Source: a virus
Lineage: Duplodnaviria > Caudoviricetes
Length of the DNA: 44,914 bases
Direction: 5' to 3' (one strand)
IMG/VR virus record: IMGVR_UViG_3300025356_000001
Span: 1-44,914 of that record
Shown here: one piece after another, positions 1 through 9,342 of the stretch
How the letters are laid out: each line of letters starts with the position of its first letter
Position numbering within the stretch: the stretch's first letter is position 1
Notes under the pieces: generated by a model
What the model saw: only the letters and a program-made list of their open reading frames with translations
The model's database searches: none
Told to the model about the DNA's origin: nothing
Made by a program: the position numbers and the translations under genes

Positions 1-127
1 CCTTTACCGTCAGCACAGATTCAGAGGGCAACAATTACTTTGATACCGTCACGGGAATTGAAGCCGTATTGAAGGTGCTGGCAGTTGATCCTGACTACAT
101 GACTGGAGAGTTGGGCGATGTGATGCC
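1..127. repeat. Terminal direct repeat, left copy (circular assembly overlap)
   Basis: cctttaccgtcag...gatgtgatgcc (127 nt) is identical to 44788-44914. Confidence 0.97.
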
Positions 128-560
128 CGATTGGTATCCTTGGGATGAGGGTGGTCTTGGATGGTTGCCTCCGAACTATGTGGGGGATCTTCAGATCGTC
201 AGGCAGGGGAATGTTCCTGCCGCTCCTCTGCCGAGCGGCTCCACGGCAGACACCCAGCGTTATAGGGTGCTTGGTAAGATCCCAGAGAATCGGTCGATGT
301 ATTGTATCGTGCGGAGGGCTTATGTTCCTCTCGTTAACGATAGCGATTTGCTCATCCCTTCCAATAGGAATGCTTACCGCTATGGGATGCAAGCGTTTAA
401 CTACGAGAATGTGAACGAGCTTGAAAGGGCGCAGGTCTATTGGGACTATGCGTTTAAGTGTCTCAATGATGAGACTGCGAGCTTTGAGGATGGAGAGTTG
501 GCGCAGATTCAAATTCAAACCAAGGCATTTGCCCCTGGCATCATGCAGAACCTAGTGTAA
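1..560 (+). CDS. 3' part of a 237-aa gene spanning the circular junction (starts at 44634); probable virion head-tail adaptor or tail protein
   Basis: Frame is continuous from ATG 44634 (MASLTFAQAKTLLAPY...) through the overlap into ORF 69..560; function inferred only from position before internal-virion-type genes. Confidence 0.75.
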   Translation, partial: FTVSTDSEGNNYFDTVTGIEAVLKVLAVDPDYMTGELGDVMPDWYPWDEGGLGWLPPNYVGDLQIVRQGNVPAAPLPSGSTADTQRYRVLGKIPENRSMYCIVRRAYVPLVNDSDLLIPSNRNAYRYGMQAFNYENVNELERAQVYWDYAFKCLNDETASFEDGELAQIQIQTKAFAPGIMQNLV

Positions 561-563
561 TTT

Positions 564-1106
564 ATGGCAGAGTATAATCCATTTTCCAGCATCTACTCTC
601 AAACAGATTTTGGGAAGCAAGCATCTTCATATGCCACTACGGAAAATTTTGACATTTCCATGCCAGATGTTTTGAGTAGGGATCTTGGATTGTCTTCAAT
701 GCCTTTCCAATCTGCTGATGCGAGGAATACTGCACAAAAGAGCATGGCTCAAAGTGATTCGATGATGCGTCAGAGGGAAGACCTTCATAGCAAAGATTAT
801 TTTGGACAAGCTCTTGAAGCCATTACTTCTCTGAACAAGAAATTTGGAGTTGATACTGGTAGTGGCATACCTGTACCTGGAGAACGAGGCATCCGTCAGC
901 GCACTAGCGTTACTGGGCTTCCATACTACACCTTTAGGGCAACTCCTTCAGAATACAACACAATTGAAGGGCGCACCTATACTGGATCTCAAATTCCTAA
1001 AGAAACCCTTTCCTTTGGAATCTCTCCAGAGATGAAAGCATCACAAGCCGAGTTGCCCCGATTAAATGTTCCTGCAAAGGGATTGTTTGATACAAACATG
1101 GATTGA
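564..1106 (+). CDS. Hypothetical protein, probably virion-associated
   Basis: 180-aa ORF tightly packed between structural genes (3-nt and 1-nt gaps). Confidence 0.7.
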   Translation: MAEYNPFSSIYSQTDFGKQASSYATTENFDISMPDVLSRDLGLSSMPFQSADARNTAQKSMAQSDSMMRQREDLHSKDYFGQALEAITSLNKKFGVDTGSGIPVPGERGIRQRTSVTGLPYYTFRATPSEYNTIEGRTYTGSQIPKETLSFGISPEMKASQAELPRLNVPAKGLFDTNMD

Positions 1107-1107
1107 T

Positions 1108-2289
1108 ATGGCACAAGAAGATTCCTCTCGCACATTTTCCACAATCGCTCCTAGCAGGATCGCCCATAGCCCGTATGCTTCTTCCTATGCAAATCTTGCA
1201 GAGAACATAGGAGATCAATGGGTTGATTCCAATAAATTGCGGGATGTGATGGCTGTTGCTGGGTTTATTTCCCAGCAAGATCGTGCTGAACGAGAAGCAA
1301 AGCGCAATGCTTTTTATGAAGACCTCCGTAGTAGGGCAGAGCAAAGGGCGCAGGAAAGGGCAGATCGTTATGCCGCCAAGCAAGACTATCGGGAACATTT
1401 GATGGATCAAGCTGATCAGTTGATTGGCAAGATTGAAATGATTGACCCGATGCACGTTGATGCAAACAAGGCATTGCAGGAACTTCGATCATCGCAGAAC
1501 TTTGGTAGGCTCCTTGCCAACAGAGATACCCGTCAGGCCGTATTGGAAGCCTTTAAAAATAAGGCTAAAGAGCATGATGACATTTTAGGTGGGTTTATGC
1601 AGGAAGGGAAAACCAAGTATGGGTTTGCTCCTTCAATGGGTGAGATTCCCCTCAAGGCAGATCGCACCTTTGACACAGAGAAGTTTTATTCCACCACGCT
1701 TCCTTCTCTTGGACAGCAGATGCAACAGAAGGCGCAACAGACATATGAGGCTACAGCGACCCCAGAAGGAAGGGTTAAGTATGCCGAGTATAATGAGTAT
1801 GGTTATCCTGTGGCAAAGTTTGTTGCCGCTCCTAAAATTAAACCTGTAAAACCAGAGGATATAAAAAAGGAATTTAAGACTACATATGGCGCACCAGTAG
1901 AATCTTTGTCCATGCAGTTTGGAACAAAACCCGTTAAGGGAGGAATTTCTGTTATTCGTGGATCATTTGAAGATGGAGAATTTAAACCATCTGAATCTGG
2001 AGATACAGTTCAAGTTGTTGATGCAAGCAAGGGAATGAGTAAAAAAGTTATTCACAATATTCCCTATGAGCAGTTTGAGTCATTCAGATCAAAAGTCCAA
2101 GGGGTGAATGCTCCATCTCAAATAATCTCTACTCCAGAAGGAGTTGATATTTCTTCTCCGATTGGAGTTCAATCTGGGTCTTTTCCTCAATTAAGACAAC
2201 CAACTCTCTTGCCTTCACCAACACCAGAAGCTACAACTGATGCCTCGCCCTCACCCGCGCCTATGCCGTTGGGCGACATCTTTAAGTAG
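1108..2289 (+). CDS. Probable internal virion (ejection-type) protein
   Basis: Start moved to ATG 1108 (TGA-t-ATG coupling); charged helical protein directly upstream of the giant ORF. Confidence 0.65.
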   Translation: MAQEDSSRTFSTIAPSRIAHSPYASSYANLAENIGDQWVDSNKLRDVMAVAGFISQQDRAEREAKRNAFYEDLRSRAEQRAQERADRYAAKQDYREHLMDQADQLIGKIEMIDPMHVDANKALQELRSSQNFGRLLANRDTRQAVLEAFKNKAKEHDDILGGFMQEGKTKYGFAPSMGEIPLKADRTFDTEKFYSTTLPSLGQQMQQKAQQTYEATATPEGRVKYAEYNEYGYPVAKFVAAPKIKPVKPEDIKKEFKTTYGAPVESLSMQFGTKPVKGGISVIRGSFEDGEFKPSESGDTVQVVDASKGMSKKVIHNIPYEQFESFRSKVQGVNAPSQIISTPEGVDISSPIGVQSGSFPQLRQPTLLPSPTPEATTDASPSPAPMPLGDIFK

Positions 2290-2291
2290 CC

Positions 2292-5200
2292 ATGCCTTTT
2301 AATTCAGATTCACTAGCACAAGCTAGAAGCCAAGGATACACAGATGATCAGATTTATGACCACTTGGCTCAATCTGACGAACGATTTCGCGTGGCAAAAC
2401 AAAATGGGTATTCCCTTGATGATGTTGCCGCGCATTTAAGTAAAACAAAAGGAGGTGAACAAAATGAAGATCAAATCAGGAATCAGCCACAAGCCGACCA
2501 AGAAGGCAATGCACGACGAGTACCCGACCAACAAGGCACGGATGGAAACCGCCAAGGGTTACAAGCCGATGTGCAGTTGCGTCCCCAAGACCAAGGCCAG
2601 CGTGAACGCAATGACCAAGCCTATCTAACCAATGAAGGACAAACCAAAGATGCCCAAGGAGGAATCCAAGGGGCGAAAGCAGGGCAAGGCATGGAAGGCC
2701 AAGTCCCTGCGCGGAACCAAGAGGAAGTAGCAACGGGGAGTGTTCAACCCACCCCCGAAGGAAACTTCTTTCAGAGAGCTTATTCTAAAGCTCTGGCAAA
2801 TCCCAAACAAGCCGCTGAAGTGGCTATTGGGTCTGTGGCGCAGGGAGCGATTGAAATGGCGGCTGGCGGAAAGCTGGCGCAACTTGCGGCAGAATACACC
2901 CCTGGCCCTTGGTATGCAAAAACGGCGGCGGGAGTTGGTGCGTTTATTGGAGGGCAAAAGCTGACCGACTATCTCCTCCGAACGGCAGATAAATATCTTT
3001 CTTCTGACGAGCTTAAACGAGCGCAAGCAGATCAACCGGAGCTTGCAGAAATGGGTCAGATATTGGCGATGGCCCCGCAGGGAGTTGAATCACTTGGAAA
3101 TCTTGGCAAGGCATTTTCTGCCACCATGACCAAGGATGGAGCAACTAAAGCCGCCAAGGAGCTTGCTGGCAAGCTGGCTATTGGTGCTGGTGCTGGCGCG
3201 GCAGTTGGTGAAGTGGCAAGCGGATTCAAGCAAGACACAAAAGAAGCCGTTGAGAATGCCATCTTTGGTGCGATTTTATCTGGATACCATGAGGGGAAGA
3301 TTGCAAAAGCAGGGCTACCCGAAACTGCAAAGGTGGCGGCAGAAACAAAGCCAGATGATGTTATTGCCAAGGAGCAAGCTCCTAAATTTGAAGAAGCTCC
3401 CGCCAAGACAATCACGCTAGAGCCTATTGCTCCAGAAATTCCTATTGAAGAAAAACCCGCTGAAGCTCCCACTGAAGCACAACCCCAACCCACATATGCC
3501 CCTGAAGTCAGGAAAATCAAAGAAGGTCGTCAGCCAGAATATCCGCAAGGAGATGAAGGCAGGCAAGCCGCAGAAGCAGGCCGTGGCTATCGCGCTGAAG
3601 AAGGCGGGATTAAGCCGGAAGAAATAGCCGTTCCAGAGGGAGCTAGGGTTGCCGCCGCCGCATACCTAGCTCCTGATGGTAACATTTACGAAGGGCCAGA
3701 TCACCTTGCGGCTATGCAGAAAGCCAAAGATTCTGGAGCAATCACGCAAGCTGAGATTGACCAAAAGGAATTACCAAAGGATCGTAACACGGAGGAGTTT
3801 GGATATTCTGTGACTTTGCCAGATGGAACTCGCACAACAACTACCCGTGAGTTTGGTGGCAAGATTGCCAAGGCATCTGGTCAGGCCAAGGTTGAAGAAT
3901 ATCAATTTGGAGATAAAGCTCATAGCAATGAGATGACCAAAGATGATTTCCCAGAGGAAGCTCCGAAGAAACGAATCGGCCCTGGAGCCGCAGGAATCCG
4001 TGAGTTTGAATTAAGAGACATCCAGCAAGGAGCAGAAATCATCAAGGGATATAAAGACCAGACCAATGAGGTTATGCCCTATGAGGACTGGAAACGAAAT
4101 TTCTCCACAACCATAGAAGAAGGGAAGTATTCAGAAGATCAACTCAAGGAGTTCTATGACCAGTCTGTAAAGGTGTCCGATGAAGCATCTAAAGGGAAAT
4201 CTATTCCAGAAGCAGTTCGCCAGCTTGATTTGCCAATCAAAAAAACAGAATCAAAAACATCCCTTGCAAATGCAAAAATTGATGAAGATAGAGTGAATCG
4301 TGGTCGTCCAAGGTTGATGGATGTTTCCAGAAAGGGCAGAGAGCAAAGCTGGGATAATGCCATGTATAAAATGGATGAAGATCCTACTTATCAATATAGG
4401 CTTATATCGGAATTGTCTAAAAAGCCAAGAGCCGCAAACGACGAAGAACACGCTGTCATTGAACATTATCTGATTACCAAGAAGAATGAGCGTGATCAGA
4501 TTTTGGATAAACTATCTCAAGGAGATCTTTCGCCAGAAGAACAATCTGATTTAAGGCAGAAGTATGTTGATCTTGATGATCAAGTTTATGGCATAGAAGC
4601 ACTTTCAAAAGCCACTGGAACAGAAACAGCAAGAGGACTTGCCTATCGTGCCAACCTTCGTAATAACGATTTTTCTTTGGATTCAATGCGAACCCAAGTG
4701 AGGGCAGCAAAGAATGGCGAGAAACTTACTGAGGAGGATGAATCCAAACTCAAGAACTTGAGTGATGAGATCAAGAAGAATGACGATGAAGTTGATCGCA
4801 TCCAAAAGGAAGACAAGGAAAAGTTCTCTGAAGAGGACACTAAGGATTTTATTGATACTGCAAAAAAAGGAAGCAAGAAGCGAAAAGAAAAGGAATCTCC
4901 TGACGATGCATTGGCTAGATTAAAAACTATTGCAGAGGGAAGGATGGATGATTATCCCAAGCTGGCTTCCACTATCCGAAAGATTGCGATTGCCTTTGTG
5001 GACAAGGGTATCACAGAACGAGAGCCGCTTCTGGATGCCGTTCATGGATTCTTGAAGGATGAGGTTGGTATGCCTGAGTCTTGGACTAGGCAGGAAACAA
5101 GTGATGCAATCTGCCAATACGGAATTTTCCGAACTCTCAATCAAGATGCTACGATGGTAGCATTCAGAAAAATCAATGGTCAGTTATTGGAGCTTGGGAA

Positions 5201-7508
5201 ACGCAAGGACATTCTTGCTCTCCAAGCACCTAAAAAGACTGGCATGGAGAGGGCAAAGCAAGATGTTGAGGCTAGAAACATAGCTAGAGAGAATCGAAAG
5301 CTGATTAAGAAATACAACATTAAGACTGAAGATCCTACTAGTCAGCTTGCAGGGGCATTGGAGGGAGCAAAGAATAAACTCAAGAACGAAATTGAGGATC
5401 TAACGGCTCGCATTAAAAGTGGAGAGCAAGCTCCTTCTCGTGCTGATGCGCCAACGGATGCGGAGATTGCATCTCTTAAAGAGCTTCGTGACTCTCTAAA
5501 AACTCAATTTGAGATTATTTATGGCAAGCCAGAGAAGGCCGCTCCATCATATGAAGAGCAAGTTACGGCAACCGAAAAGGCATACACAAAGCTGATTGAG
5601 AAAAAGAAAGAGCTTCTTGCCAACCAGGGCGTTACTGATCTTACCCCTAAAAAGCCAGAGGTTACTAGTCCAAAGATTGAATCGCAGAAAGCGGAGATTG
5701 AACAACTCAATGCAGAGTTAAAAGCATTGCGTTCTGCTGATGCATCAAGGAATGAGCAACTAAAACTTGATTCAATCAATCGACAGATTGAAGCCAAGAA
5801 GAGGCAGATACAAGATCAAGTTGTTACCAAAAAGGGAGAGAAATATGATGTTGCAAGCCTTGAGCGCACTCAAGCAATCAAAGAGCTGGAGGCATTAAGA
5901 AACCAGATTAAGTCACAAGATTGGTACATAGCCGCTCGTCAGCAAGCCGCTATTGACTCATATGTGGCTAGACAGAATAAGATTGCCAATGAGTATTTGC
6001 GCCGTATTGAGGAAGAGGATTTTGCTCCTCGTCAGAAAACAGAGCGTGTGTTGAACTCTAGAGAGATTGAAGCAAAGGCAAAGGCAGAACAAGCTCGCGC
6101 AAAGTTCCAGAAAGAACTAGCCGCATATAATTACAAGAACCGAACCAAAGAACAGAAGGTGCTAGACTTTGTAGTAAACTTTTCTAGGGCCACAATGCTT
6201 TCTCATATTACTACACTTACAAAGCTAACTGCGGCATCAGTTGAAATTGCGGCATTAAAGCCACTAAAAGCTACTGTTGGTTATGCGTGGAGAGTATTGC
6301 CTCCTGTGAATGAAATTGCAAAACTCTCTCCGCTTGAGGGAGGCGGAAAGCCATCAGAAGATGTAAAGTTGTTTGTAAATGGAATTGTAGAAGGAATTAA
6401 AGATTTCCCTAATGTTGTTAAATCTGGTCAAACCAAGATTGATGCCATGATGAAGGAAAAGACTCGTATTGATAACAGCATTCTTCAATACTTTGGTCAT
6501 CTTCATAAAGCAATGAAAGCTCCTGTTTTTACAGGAGAATTTAAAACATCTTTGGGAAGATATTTGAATTGGATGGAGAAGCAAGGGATGGACATCCATG
6601 ATCCTGTAAATCAAAAGACAGCAATGGATGCGGCATATCAGAGCGCACAGAGGAGCATTTTCTCTGAAGACAACGCTCTTGTTAATTTTATTAACACTCA
6701 AATTTCTATTGGTAAAAAGAGCAATAGCCGAGGGGTAAGATTGGCTTCTTATGCACTACAATTTAACATTCCTATTGTAAAAATCCCAACAAACATTATT
6801 AAACAAGTATTTGAGGCTCAATTTGGAACTGCAATAGCAGGAGCTAAAATTGCAAAGGCAATGGTAAAGGGAATGGATACACTTTCTCCTATGGAGGCAG
6901 ATACAATTATGCGCCAGCTAAAGGTTGGAAGTATTGGTCTTGCTATGGTTGCCTTTGGTGCTATGCGTCCAGATATGTTTGGTGGATTCCATCTTCCTGG
7001 GATAACGCAAGATGATGAAGATGTTCCTGCTGGTGGAGCAAATCTTTTTGGAATAAAAGTTCCTCGTATCGCGTTTGACAATCCACTTCTTATTGCCGCT
7101 CAAGTTGGAGCAACAGCTAGGAAATACTGGGATGCTAAATCTGGAGAATATGGTTACACGGGAGAAGAAGCCGTGGATTTTGGCATGGCAATGCTGGCAT
7201 CTGAATATGCCCTTGTAAAAGAAACTCCATTGCTTTCTCTTCCAAGAAACATAGAGCAGACAATGAATGTTGAGCGTACTCCAGAAAACCTTGGTGGATT
7301 GATTGCAGATCGAATACCTGGCCCAGTTCAAGACATGGCAAAGGCATTTGATACAGAGGAAGATGGAACTCTTCCAACTCTTAAAGCCTTGATTGGAATC
7401 AATAAAGACATTATTAAGAGAAAGCCAGATGGTTCTCCTCCAGAACGATTCTTGCAAACCATTGAAAAGAATCTTCCTTATTTGAGAAAACAAGTACCAG
7501 AAAAATAA
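2292..7508 (+). CDS. Giant internal virion / DNA-ejection-type polyvalent protein (1738 aa)
   Basis: N-terminal duplicated motif ARSQGYTDDQIYDHL / AKQNGYSLDDVAAHL, Ala/Gly-rich hydrophobic segments, long coiled coils; architecture typical of podovirus ejection proteins (inference). Confidence 0.7.
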   Translation: MPFNSDSLAQARSQGYTDDQIYDHLAQSDERFRVAKQNGYSLDDVAAHLSKTKGGEQNEDQIRNQPQADQEGNARRVPDQQGTDGNRQGLQADVQLRPQDQGQRERNDQAYLTNEGQTKDAQGGIQGAKAGQGMEGQVPARNQEEVATGSVQPTPEGNFFQRAYSKALANPKQAAEVAIGSVAQGAIEMAAGGKLAQLAAEYTPGPWYAKTAAGVGAFIGGQKLTDYLLRTADKYLSSDELKRAQADQPELAEMGQILAMAPQGVESLGNLGKAFSATMTKDGATKAAKELAGKLAIGAGAGAAVGEVASGFKQDTKEAVENAIFGAILSGYHEGKIAKAGLPETAKVAAETKPDDVIAKEQAPKFEEAPAKTITLEPIAPEIPIEEKPAEAPTEAQPQPTYAPEVRKIKEGRQPEYPQGDEGRQAAEAGRGYRAEEGGIKPEEIAVPEGARVAAAAYLAPDGNIYEGPDHLAAMQKAKDSGAITQAEIDQKELPKDRNTEEFGYSVTLPDGTRTTTTREFGGKIAKASGQAKVEEYQFGDKAHSNEMTKDDFPEEAPKKRIGPGAAGIREFELRDIQQGAEIIKGYKDQTNEVMPYEDWKRNFSTTIEEGKYSEDQLKEFYDQSVKVSDEASKGKSIPEAVRQLDLPIKKTESKTSLANAKIDEDRVNRGRPRLMDVSRKGREQSWDNAMYKMDEDPTYQYRLISELSKKPRAANDEEHAVIEHYLITKKNERDQILDKLSQGDLSPEEQSDLRQKYVDLDDQVYGIEALSKATGTETARGLAYRANLRNNDFSLDSMRTQVRAAKNGEKLTEEDESKLKNLSDEIKKNDDEVDRIQKEDKEKFSEEDTKDFIDTAKKGSKKRKEKESPDDALARLKTIAEGRMDDYPKLASTIRKIAIAFVDKGITEREPLLDAVHGFLKDEVGMPESWTRQETSDAICQYGIFRTLNQDATMVAFRKINGQLLELGKRKDILALQAPKKTGMERAKQDVEARNIARENRKLIKKYNIKTEDPTSQLAGALEGAKNKLKNEIEDLTARIKSGEQAPSRADAPTDAEIASLKELRDSLKTQFEIIYGKPEKAAPSYEEQVTATEKAYTKLIEKKKELLANQGVTDLTPKKPEVTSPKIESQKAEIEQLNAELKALRSADASRNEQLKLDSINRQIEAKKRQIQDQVVTKKGEKYDVASLERTQAIKELEALRNQIKSQDWYIAARQQAAIDSYVARQNKIANEYLRRIEEEDFAPRQKTERVLNSREIEAKAKAEQARAKFQKELAAYNYKNRTKEQKVLDFVVNFSRATMLSHITTLTKLTAASVEIAALKPLKATVGYAWRVLPPVNEIAKLSPLEGGGKPSEDVKLFVNGIVEGIKDFPNVVKSGQTKIDAMMKEKTRIDNSILQYFGHLHKAMKAPVFTGEFKTSLGRYLNWMEKQGMDIHDPVNQKTAMDAAYQSAQRSIFSEDNALVNFINTQISIGKKSNSRGVRLASYALQFNIPIVKIPTNIIKQVFEAQFGTAIAGAKIAKAMVKGMDTLSPMEADTIMRQLKVGSIGLAMVAFGAMRPDMFGGFHLPGITQDDEDVPAGGANLFGIKVPRIAFDNPLLIAAQVGATARKYWDAKSGEYGYTGEEAVDFGMAMLASEYALVKETPLLSLPRNIEQTMNVERTPENLGGLIADRIPGPVQDMAKAFDTEEDGTLPTLKALIGINKDIIKRKPDGSPPERFLQTIEKNLPYLRKQVPEK
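2464..2628 (+). CDS. Nested +1-frame Lys-rich 54-aa protein MKIKSGISHKPTKKAMHDEYPTNKARMETAKGYKPMCSCVPKTKASVNAMTKPI
   Basis: Near-perfect SD AAAGGAGGTGA at 2448-2458, 5 nt before ATG 2464; open to TAA 2628. Confidence 0.5.
   Translation: MKIKSGISHKPTKKAMHDEYPTNKARMETAKGYKPMCSCVPKTKASVNAMTKPI
2632..2730 (+). CDS. Nested +1-frame 32-aa basic peptide MKDKPKMPKEESKGRKQGKAWKAKSLRGTKRK
   Basis: ATG 3 nt after the stop of the previous nested ORF, same frame; 14 of 32 residues K/R. Confidence 0.45.
   Translation: MKDKPKMPKEESKGRKQGKAWKAKSLRGTKRK
3496..3627 (+). CDS. Nested +1-frame 43-aa basic protein MPLKSGKSKKVVSQNIRKEMKAGKPQKQAVAIALKKAGLSRKK
   Basis: Resembles a small phage protein type I recall as stand-alone genes (MPLKxGxS...NI.xEM.AGKPQKQAVAIAL); A/C-rich leader aaccccaacccacat like other genes here. 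Confidence 0.7.
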   Translation: MPLKSGKSKKVVSQNIRKEMKAGKPQKQAVAIALKKAGLSRKK

Positions 7509-8746
7509 TGGCAACTTCCAAACAGCCCAAGCAACCAGCTTTCCCGCACCCTCCCCTAGAGGTGGGTGTGGCGCAGTATCCTACACCCCTTGTCCCGAAC
7601 TACAATGACAAGAAGGGTGGATGGTCAATCAATGACCAAGGTCATATCATCCTTGTTGAGAAGATCAGCATTGAGAAGGGCAACTTCACACCCCTTCCTC
7701 TGGATGGAACCATCACCTACACAGGCAGGGATGCAAACAAGTGGCCTTCCACGCTTTACCTTGTAGCTGAAAAGCCTACCCAAGATAGCGAGTATTGCTT
7801 CCGCTATTGGGCAAATGATCGTTCTATAACCTCCCAGAATCTCTGGAACTACAACATTGCGTATTCCTCGGAGGATGTTACTGCGCCCATTTATACGCGA
7901 TCCTACATCGTTCCTCGCGCATCCTACGATCCCAATAACTTCCTTGGCACAGATCCGCTAAACGCATCTAGCTCGTTTGTGAAGCTCCAGATGGCAGAGT
8001 TGCCAGAGGATAACCCGCTTGCGTCTAGGTATGTGGCGGTGCAAGCCGTGTATGAGACGCTCCCTGGCCCAACCCTTACGGGCTACCAGTATGACCCTGA
8101 CCTCAATCTCGTCATCACCAATACCAAGCAAACGCTTGCCGCGCCTACTACTGCGCCCACTCTTCCTGACGATGGATTGATCTCTTCAAGGGATGAGCCT
8201 CTTGATAAGTGGAGGACGGTGCGTATTCAGAGTAGGATTTCTGCACTTCCTACAGCTAGGGTGGAATACAAGACTGGTTCTTATGGATCTCCCAATCTTC
8301 TGACTGGATTTGCCAATACGGTCTTCACATTCCCAGACGGGCAGATTCAATACAACGTGACTCCCGTAATGAGGGCAAAGCGGAGTTATCAGACTGCTTT
8401 CAAATACGAGACATCGTATCAGTATGGGCAACCATCAGAGCCTTCCTACACGCTCTTTGATCCCCTAGCAATCAACGTCTATTACGACGGGTATTTCTTT
8501 AAGGTGAATATCCCTGATTGCTTGACTGACCCAAACTTGAGCATCAACTTCTCAACTGGCATCAATACGCCAGCCGCCGCTTACTACGGCCCGATCAATG
8601 AAACCTACAATGTTCCTGTTACTTCAGTTCATGCTTCTACCTATAAAGACACATTAGTTGGAACATACCAGCTTATTTCATACGAGGTTGACTACTGGAA
8701 AGCAAACATCTGGAGAGTTTCCAAGCAGTCAGTATTGCTGAAGTGA
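7508..8746 (+). CDS. Probable tail/virion structural protein (412 aa)
   Basis: TAATG overlap with the giant ORF; Thr/Pro/Tyr-rich, beta-type composition. Confidence 0.65.
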   Translation: MATSKQPKQPAFPHPPLEVGVAQYPTPLVPNYNDKKGGWSINDQGHIILVEKISIEKGNFTPLPLDGTITYTGRDANKWPSTLYLVAEKPTQDSEYCFRYWANDRSITSQNLWNYNIAYSSEDVTAPIYTRSYIVPRASYDPNNFLGTDPLNASSSFVKLQMAELPEDNPLASRYVAVQAVYETLPGPTLTGYQYDPDLNLVITNTKQTLAAPTTAPTLPDDGLISSRDEPLDKWRTVRIQSRISALPTARVEYKTGSYGSPNLLTGFANTVFTFPDGQIQYNVTPVMRAKRSYQTAFKYETSYQYGQPSEPSYTLFDPLAINVYYDGYFFKVNIPDCLTDPNLSINFSTGINTPAAAYYGPINETYNVPVTSVHASTYKDTLVGTYQLISYEVDYWKANIWRVSKQSVLLK

Positions 8747-8747
8747 T

Positions 8748-9341
8748 ATGGCTGAAGAGATTTCCTTCCAAGGGTTTGGGCCAATAACAAAGCCTAAAAC
8801 TGCATTTGCAGAAGGCTTTGGTATTGATAGCTCTTTTGCTCCTTCATGGACTACGGAGCCTAAACTCCGTCAGAATAGCAATCAAAATGCTAGAGCAATT
8901 TTCCAGCCTTTTGAGGTAATTAGGAAATATATCAGCGGTCAGTTGAGCTATGGAGTTGCTTATTATTCAGAGCTTCGATCTAACTTTATTGATTCCACCT
9001 CTACAGTCACAGTTACTGGATTACTTTCGAGCAACTATCCAACCGACACAGATGCAGGATGGGTTAATGCAATGCCAGGAGATACCGCATATCTTGAGCT
9101 TGCAATTGCTTCTAATGCAATCACAAGCGCAACCATGAAGATTGATGGTAACTACGCTGGTGGAATAGGCGTGAGTGGTGGCGACATTGAGTATGACGGA
9201 TCAAACAATCAAACCTATGCTAGAAAGCTGATCGCAGAAATCAATGCAGATGGCACAGTTCATCAGTATTGCTTTAACAATCTTGGGTGTGTTAATATGT
9301 GCGTCAATGGTGTTGCTTGTATTATCCCAATAACAATTTAA
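8748..9341 (+). CDS. Probable tail protein
   Basis: 197-aa ORF coupled by TGA-t-ATG; C-terminal CVNGV motif recalls the CVDGV end of the 13942 protein. Confidence 0.6.
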   Translation: MAEEISFQGFGPITKPKTAFAEGFGIDSSFAPSWTTEPKLRQNSNQNARAIFQPFEVIRKYISGQLSYGVAYYSELRSNFIDSTSTVTVTGLLSSNYPTDTDAGWVNAMPGDTAYLELAIASNAITSATMKIDGNYAGGIGVSGGDIEYDGSNNQTYARKLIAEINADGTVHQYCFNNLGCVNMCVNGVACIIPITI

Positions 9342-9342
9342 T

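Noticed and set aside
1-127. 127-bp repeat as a biological direct terminal repeat
   Set aside because: It lies mid-gene and its length equals a common assembler k-mer (127); best explained as circular contig overlap.
3136-3420. Other +1-frame ORFs in the giant gene (2740..2964, 3136..3420)
   Set aside because: Leu/Arg/Trp-rich off-frame composition, no leader or SD, no recognisable pattern.
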